Shown piece by piece: positions 25,854-30,556 of a DNA stretch of 30,556 nt. Under the pieces are notes generated by a model, which made no database searches, had not been told where the DNA came from, and saw nothing but the letters and a program-made list of their open reading frames with translations. Source of the DNA: Hormoscilla sp. (lineage in GTDB: Bacteria; Cyanobacteriota; Cyanobacteriia; Cyanobacteriales; Desertifilaceae). Numbering within the stretch: position 1 is the stretch's first letter; each line of letters starts with the position of its first letter. Where the stretch lies: the NCBI GenBank assembly GCA_051439505.1, contig JBFRWI010000146.1, forward strand, positions 1 to 30,556. Reading direction: 5' to 3'. Made by a program: the position numbers and the translations under genes.

Positions 25854-26479
25854 GCTAAGAATTAAAAAAGTCAAAATTGGGGAACCTTGGCTGTTAGCTG
25901 GCCCCTATTTATTTCCCTGGTGATTTTTTTCTGTATCCATGCTAACATTGATTTTTTCTGGTGACAATGTCCTTGGCAAAATCATACCATCGATCTATAA
26001 TTTACTCTCTGGTTGGCGAGTCTACAGGCATGGCATCTCTCTTTGGTATTAAATTCGTTTGAGAGCGAGCGATAATTTATCCTCTATCAACCAGCTTATT
26101 CGCAACCCAAGAAACCTGGTTTCGCCAGCTCAATACAGAGGCAATAACTAGCTATTTACGGATAAACACGGTTTCTGGTAACTCAAGCGATTAGGATGAT
26201 TGTGAATAAGGCGTTGCACAACGACACCGATGTAACGGGTTGACAATTGAAAATTGTGAATAGTCAATTTGATTTAGTTATAAATGTTCATAAAGAGACA
26301 AATACTGCCTTTCAATTGCAAATTGACTGCTATCATCCCCTCAATGTGCAACGCCGTGAATACTTGTAAAGAGTGTGGCCTTGCACCAGTTGGCAAAAAA
26401 TACCACACCTACTGCCCCCTGCTGGCACCGGCGTTGACAGGATCTCCTAACTCGTGCGGGAGCATCTCACACAGCAATC

Positions 26480-27049
26480 TCACCAATAATGAAAGATGCT
26501 CTCATAAAAATGGAAGCGGGCAAACCCCAGGAATTGACCGTGAACTCGATCGCCTGGAGGAAAAGCCGTGACGCCAAACATATATATACCGCTATTACGA
26601 GGATTCTGGACTGGTCGCAAGCGAATTGTTAAGGTCGTGCCCGGAGGTACTGGCGGATCGAAATTGACGGTAACTGTTCGCTTCTCCTTGTCTCTAGTTA
26701 CCGCTTTTAGTCCCAACTCTCGTCCCCGACTCCGGGATGTGCCCTCAAAGGCCCTACTCTCTTCTAAGTAAAATCGCGGTAATTCAAACCCCAATCTCTG
26801 ATCTATTGTTACTCTTTGCAGCGGTTCGTCGGCATTTTCTGGCAGACTGATGGTGAAGTAGTAAGTTGCGCCCCACATTCTCACCCCGTTGTTGGTGGTT
26901 GCTGCCCTCTCCAGGCGCGGCGGTTGGACAAAATAGACCTTGCCATCTCTCAAGGTCACTCCCGAAACTGGCAGCACTGCTACGGCCCCCATAGCTGCCG
27001 GAATTGCAATAGCTATCCCTAATTGCGATAAAAGTTTACAGTTCTTCAT
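26480..27049 (-). CDS. DUF2808-family exported protein
   Basis: Signal-peptide-like N-terminus; YFVQPPRL, ATYYFT, FDPPVPPG, VQNP..SGIYMFGVTAFP..QFLG. Confidence 0.85.
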   Translation of the reverse strand: MKNCKLLSQLGIAIAIPAAMGAVAVLPVSGVTLRDGKVYFVQPPRLERAATTNNGVRMWGATYYFTISLPENADEPLQRVTIDQRLGFELPRFYLEESRAFEGTSRSRGRELGLKAVTRDKEKRTVTVNFDPPVPPGTTLTIRLRPVQNPRNSGIYMFGVTAFPPGDRVHGQFLGFARFHFYESIFHYW

Positions 27050-27172
27050 AATTTGTCCCTTGAAACGTCGTAAATTCGTGACGGCAGGCCCTGTTGTTTA
27101 AAAAATTGTTGCATCAACGCCAAATAGTCTCTGCAATCCGCTAGAACAGAAAAAGAATGTGGAGGCAAATAT

Positions 27173-27682
27173 ATGAGCGCTATCTCGAATCCTGACTTAA
27201 AAAGCCCCAAGTGGCAAACGATCGTCCTTTTCACCTTGGGCTTCTGGCTGAGTGGCAGTCTGGTTTTGGATCTGGTGGTGATGCCCAGTATGTATACGGC
27301 GGGTATGATGAGTACGCCCGGATTTGCTACGGCAGGCTATTCTGTATTCTGGCTATTTAATCGCATAGAGTTACTCTGCGCTGCTTTGGCACTCACGGGT
27401 TTGCTAGTGGTCAACAGAACCCATCAGATATCAGACAGCAAAAGCCGCACTGCTATTATCCTCTCTGCAATACTTCTGGCTGTTGCCTTGATCGATACCT
27501 ACGGTTTGACCCCTCAGATGAGTGCTATGGGACTGGATCTGAATCTGTTTGAACCGGCGTCCGGTCTCCCGACTGGGATGATGAGGATGCAGTTCGGTTA
27601 TTGGGCATTGGAACTGTTGAAGCTGGCGGCTTGCGGCGGCATACTTAAGTTGTGCTATCCCGCTCGAATACAGGCAGAATAA
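27173..27682 (+). CDS. Four-TM membrane protein (DUF4149-like)
   Basis: Hydrophobic helices; LGFWLSGS..LD..MP, FWLFNRIEL, LTPQM, YW.LE..K. Confidence 0.78.
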   Translation: MSAISNPDLKSPKWQTIVLFTLGFWLSGSLVLDLVVMPSMYTAGMMSTPGFATAGYSVFWLFNRIELLCAALALTGLLVVNRTHQISDSKSRTAIILSAILLAVALIDTYGLTPQMSAMGLDLNLFEPASGLPTGMMRMQFGYWALELLKLAACGGILKLCYPARIQAE

Positions 27683-27685
27683 GAA

Positions 27686-27747
27686 AATGGCTAATTGCTA
27701 ATGGCTAATGGCTAATTGCTAATGGCTAATTGCTAATGGCTAATGGT
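27686..27747. repeat. Heptamer STRR tract AAT(G/T)GCT, about 9 units
   Basis: Read directly from sequence. Confidence 0.93.
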
Positions 27748-27827
27748 GCAACGTCGAAAATAGGTTTTCTTTGGGCGTTGCACAAGCCACGCCAGGTTTT
27801 CTTTGATTGATGCAAGCGGCCCCCGAC

Positions 27828-28202
27828 CTACGGATCGGGGGTTTTTTCAACGCCTGTGTCGATCTCCCGGTTGAACCGGACCATTTCCCACGACTGCTCT
27901 CCATATACCCCTTCAATCTGTTGCTGGCAACAGGCGATCGCGAAGTCGTTTAGTTCCTCTGGTTCAATAGCATATAAGTCACCAAACACGTCTGCTTGTA
28001 CCCGACAGAACCGGGGGCGATCGGGATATATTTTACATTCTCTGGTAGAGTGGTCGAAGTTAACGCACCAGCCATCTTCACCCACCAGAGACAGATATAG
28101 TTCTAATTCTGCTGGTGATAAATACTCTTCTAGGTCTGGCCGATCGGCTGGATCCAGCTGGCAGCAGGCCCCACATTGTTTTACGCAACGCCAAGTTCCC
28201 AT
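27828..28202 (-). CDS. YkgJ-family cysteine-cluster (Zn or Fe-S) protein
   Basis: WRCVKQCGACC, WCVNFD...CKIYPDRPRFCR, CCQQQI. Confidence 0.87.
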   Translation of the reverse strand: MGTWRCVKQCGACCQLDPADRPDLEEYLSPAELELYLSLVGEDGWCVNFDHSTRECKIYPDRPRFCRVQADVFGDLYAIEPEELNDFAIACCQQQIEGVYGEQSWEMVRFNREIDTGVEKTPDP

Positions 28203-28487
28203 CTTCTGTTAGTTGTTAGCGGTCAGTTGGCCTGCTATTTGGTCAGTAGGCTCCCAGAGATTATACCGTAGATATTGATTTTGTCAATTATTTAGCTGGA
28301 AAAGGGTAGGGTGGGGGCCGCACCCACTGTCATCCGCAGATGTGGTCAACAACAACCAATGGGTGCAAGACCACACCCACCCCGAAGATCAAGTTTTGTA
28401 AAGTTGATGAGCAGCTTGGGGGCGATCGGCCAGTATAATGAGAAATCGGATTTTGGTTCGAGCTGTGGGTTAATCAGGAAAGGAACA

Positions 28488-28619
28488 ATGGAATTTATTA
28501 CCAATATATTGAGCAACATTAACTTTGAGTTAATCGCCCAACTGACCATGCTAACACTGGTGGTCATCGCGGGACCGGTAGTCATATTTCTCCTGGCAGC
28601 GCGAGGGGGCGATATGTAG
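28488..28619 (+). CDS. psb30: Photosystem II reaction centre protein Psb30 (Ycf12), 43 aa
   Basis: NFELIAQLTMLTLVVIAGPVVIFLLAARGGDM; AAGGA just upstream of the ATG at 28488. Confidence 0.93.
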   Translation: MEFITNILSNINFELIAQLTMLTLVVIAGPVVIFLLAARGGDM

Positions 28620-28790
28620 GGCCTCTCGCCTGCTGTGGGACCGTGGAGACGCCGCAGGTAGGTGAAATGCCCGCCTGCGGTGCCAGATCCCGTTTGTGGT
28701 TTATTGCTAGTGCCGTCATTAACTTAGCTATTGAAATTAGTTGTTAATGATGGGTGCGGCTCATTTGTAGTTGATAGAGTAGAGCAATTG

Positions 28791-28860
28791 CAGACAGCGG
28801 CGCAATGGTTACAGACAGCGGCGCAATGGTTACAGACAGCGGCGCAACGGTTCCTGACAG
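28791..28860. repeat. 21-bp tandem repeat CAGACAGCGGCGCAATGGTTA, about 3 units
   Basis: Units at 28791, 28812 and 28833 (third slightly degenerate). Confidence 0.92.
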
Positions 28861-29061
28861 GTGTGGAGATGTAGCTAACCGATGTCTTCGGGATGCAACG
28901 CAGGCAACCCCTCAAACATCGAAAGGTCAACCTTTACCGGTTCTCCTGTTCTCCGGGATGTGTTTTTCCGGGTGGAGATGACCGGTGCTTGTTGAAAAAT
29001 TACTTATCTCAGTATGTGATGGATTTGACTGTATAATCTGAAAGGGTGATCCGCTTTTTAG

Positions 29062-29094
29062 GGCTTACTGGTGGCTTACTGGGGGCTTACTGGA
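29062..29094. repeat. 11-bp tandem repeat GGCTTACTGGN x3
   Basis: Read directly from sequence. Confidence 0.85.
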
Positions 29095-29199
29095 TGCTGG
29101 AAATGGGGTGGTGGAGTTGGGGGAAGTTACGCGGCGGGCGTGATTTTTTGGTTGTTTTTTGGATGAGGCCATCTTTTTTGGGTTTTGACCACACCCCAA

Positions 29200-29241
29200 G
29201 ACAACTGACTACTGACAACTGACTACTGACTACTGACAATT
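29200..29241. repeat. Heptamer STRR tract GAC(A/T)ACT x6
   Basis: Read directly from sequence. Confidence 0.92.
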
Positions 29242-29327
29242 GAATATTTTCTCAGCTGACTCCAGGATATAGCTTTCCAGTACGGTACACTATCTATGTT
29301 GTCGATCGGTCTGTTGGAACCAAAACT

Positions 29328-30556
29328 ATGGAAAATTTTGATGAAGAGTTTTACTTGGCCTCAAACCCTGATGTAGCTGCTGCTGTGGCCAGAGGGGAGT
29401 TCGGCAGCGGTGAAGATCATTTTCAACGGTTCGGTCAGGCGGAAGGCCGACTAGGGGCCCCGGCCAATTTGATAGATTTTGAGAATTATGATAATTTCGA
29501 CGAGATTGGCACGGTTAGAGGAATTTCATTCTCTGATAATGCTAGAGCATTGGTGGATACAGATGCTGAAGGTGAAGGTATTTTTGGAAATAATCCTAGC
29601 GGCGATACCGTTGTGGCTTATGCTGATGGGGATTCGATTACTTTAACTTTGGTTTCAGGTCCAGTTACAGAGGGTATCCTGTCTTTCCACTATTCATCGC
29701 CTAACCGGAGTCATGAGGTAGTTTTTCTGGACTCCACCGGTGCAGTGGTGGATCGGCAGCCTTTGGAGGCAACATCAGGGCAACTCGATCAGTTTACAGA
29801 TTGGCAGCGGGAAATTATTCCTTTTGAGGGGAATGTTAGCGCAATTGAACTGGGCAGTGCAGCTACGGAGATTGGTTTTGATGATATCTCTATTGATATA
29901 CTTGGTGCTCAGATAAATCGACCCCCGATCGCCCAAAATGATAGTGCTAGCGCTACAGGTAGCATCCCGACAACTATTGCGGTGCTGGATAATGACTCGG
30001 ACCCCGATGGAGACGAGTTGACAGTAATTGGCTTTACCGCAATTTCGGACAATGGCGGTACTATATCCCAGAATGGAGAACAGTTGATCTATGTGGCACC
30101 ATTAGCTTTTGCTGGGACGGATAGTTTTATCTATAGCATTGGCGATGGACGGGGGGGGGCCGATACGGCGACAGTGACCGTGACAGTGGTGGACAGTCCT
30201 CCAGTTGCCGTAGATGATACGGCAGCAGTTTCTAGTGGAGGGGAGGTTACTATTGATGTCCTGGGAAATGACTTCGATCTTGAGGGGACGGCGGAACTGG
30301 CGGACTTCCCAGCAACTACAGCAAATGGAGGGGCGGTAAGTCTTGCTGATAATGAGACTCCTGACGATCCGACTGATGACTCTTTGACTTACAGTCCCCC
30401 AGATGGGTTTACGGGTACAGATAGCTTTACCTATACTGTCACGAACGATTTCGATCGGACTGCTACGGCTACAGTATCGGTAACGGTGAATGCTGGTAAT
30501 GGCAGCATCAGGGGGACGAAATTCCAGGATGATGATGGCAACGGAGTGCAAGACTC
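29328..30556 (+). CDS. 5' part of a large extracellular/surface protein (NPDV repeat, beta-rich domain, two Ig/cadherin-like repeats, start of an SdrD-B-like repeat); runs off the window
   Basis: Manual translation, absent from the ORF track because it has no stop: MENFDEEFYLASNPDVAAAVARGEFGSGEDHFQRFGQAEGR; PPIAQND..VLDNDSDPDGD; PPVAVDD..DVLGNDFD; GSIRGTKFQDDDGNGVQD. Confidence 0.88.
   Translation, partial: MENFDEEFYLASNPDVAAAVARGEFGSGEDHFQRFGQAEGRLGAPANLIDFENYDNFDEIGTVRGISFSDNARALVDTDAEGEGIFGNNPSGDTVVAYADGDSITLTLVSGPVTEGILSFHYSSPNRSHEVVFLDSTGAVVDRQPLEATSGQLDQFTDWQREIIPFEGNVSAIELGSAATEIGFDDISIDILGAQINRPPIAQNDSASATGSIPTTIAVLDNDSDPDGDELTVIGFTAISDNGGTISQNGEQLIYVAPLAFAGTDSFIYSIGDGRGGADTATVTVTVVDSPPVAVDDTAAVSSGGEVTIDVLGNDFDLEGTAELADFPATTANGGAVSLADNETPDDPTDDSLTYSPPDGFTGTDSFTYTVTNDFDRTATATVSVTVNAGNGSIRGTKFQDDDGNGVQD

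Noticed and set aside
28311..28487. Long N-terminal extension of Psb30
   Set aside because: Psb30 is a short single-helix protein and the ATG at 28488 has a good ribosome-binding site
30102..30551. 149-aa minus-strand ORF and similar antisense ORFs over large genes
   Set aside because: Shadow frames of well-supported genes on the opposite strand

Overview
A 30.6-kb chromosomal segment from a filamentous cyanobacterium (probably Oscillatoriales, judged from frequent HIP1 GCGATCGC octamers, heptameric STRR tracts, rpaA, psb30 and cyanobacteriochrome GAFs). The backbone is housekeeping (cobM, lgt, rlmN, rpaA, flavin reductase, MIF tautomerase, DUF2808, YkgJ-like, psb30) and ends in the 5' part of a large Ig-repeat surface protein. 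Two signalling operons are present: a hybrid kinase / REC / HPt-REC-REC-GGDEF relay, and a ~2190-aa kinase carrying a DXCF CBCR GAF, an RcaE-like green/red CBCR GAF and a LOV domain, followed by a REC-kinase. The most unusual accessory locus is a three-gene unit of two diverged tandem Panacea (DUF4065/SocA) antitoxins followed by one putative RelE-like toxin. Also seen: a DegT-type aminotransferase and a SAM methyltransferase that look like one gene split by a single missing base; remnants of two more TA systems (Xre/MbcA/ParS antitoxin tail, deleted VapC); a probable decayed IS4-family transposase; and several families of REP/MITE-like repeats. All family assignments come from motif recognition, not database searches.
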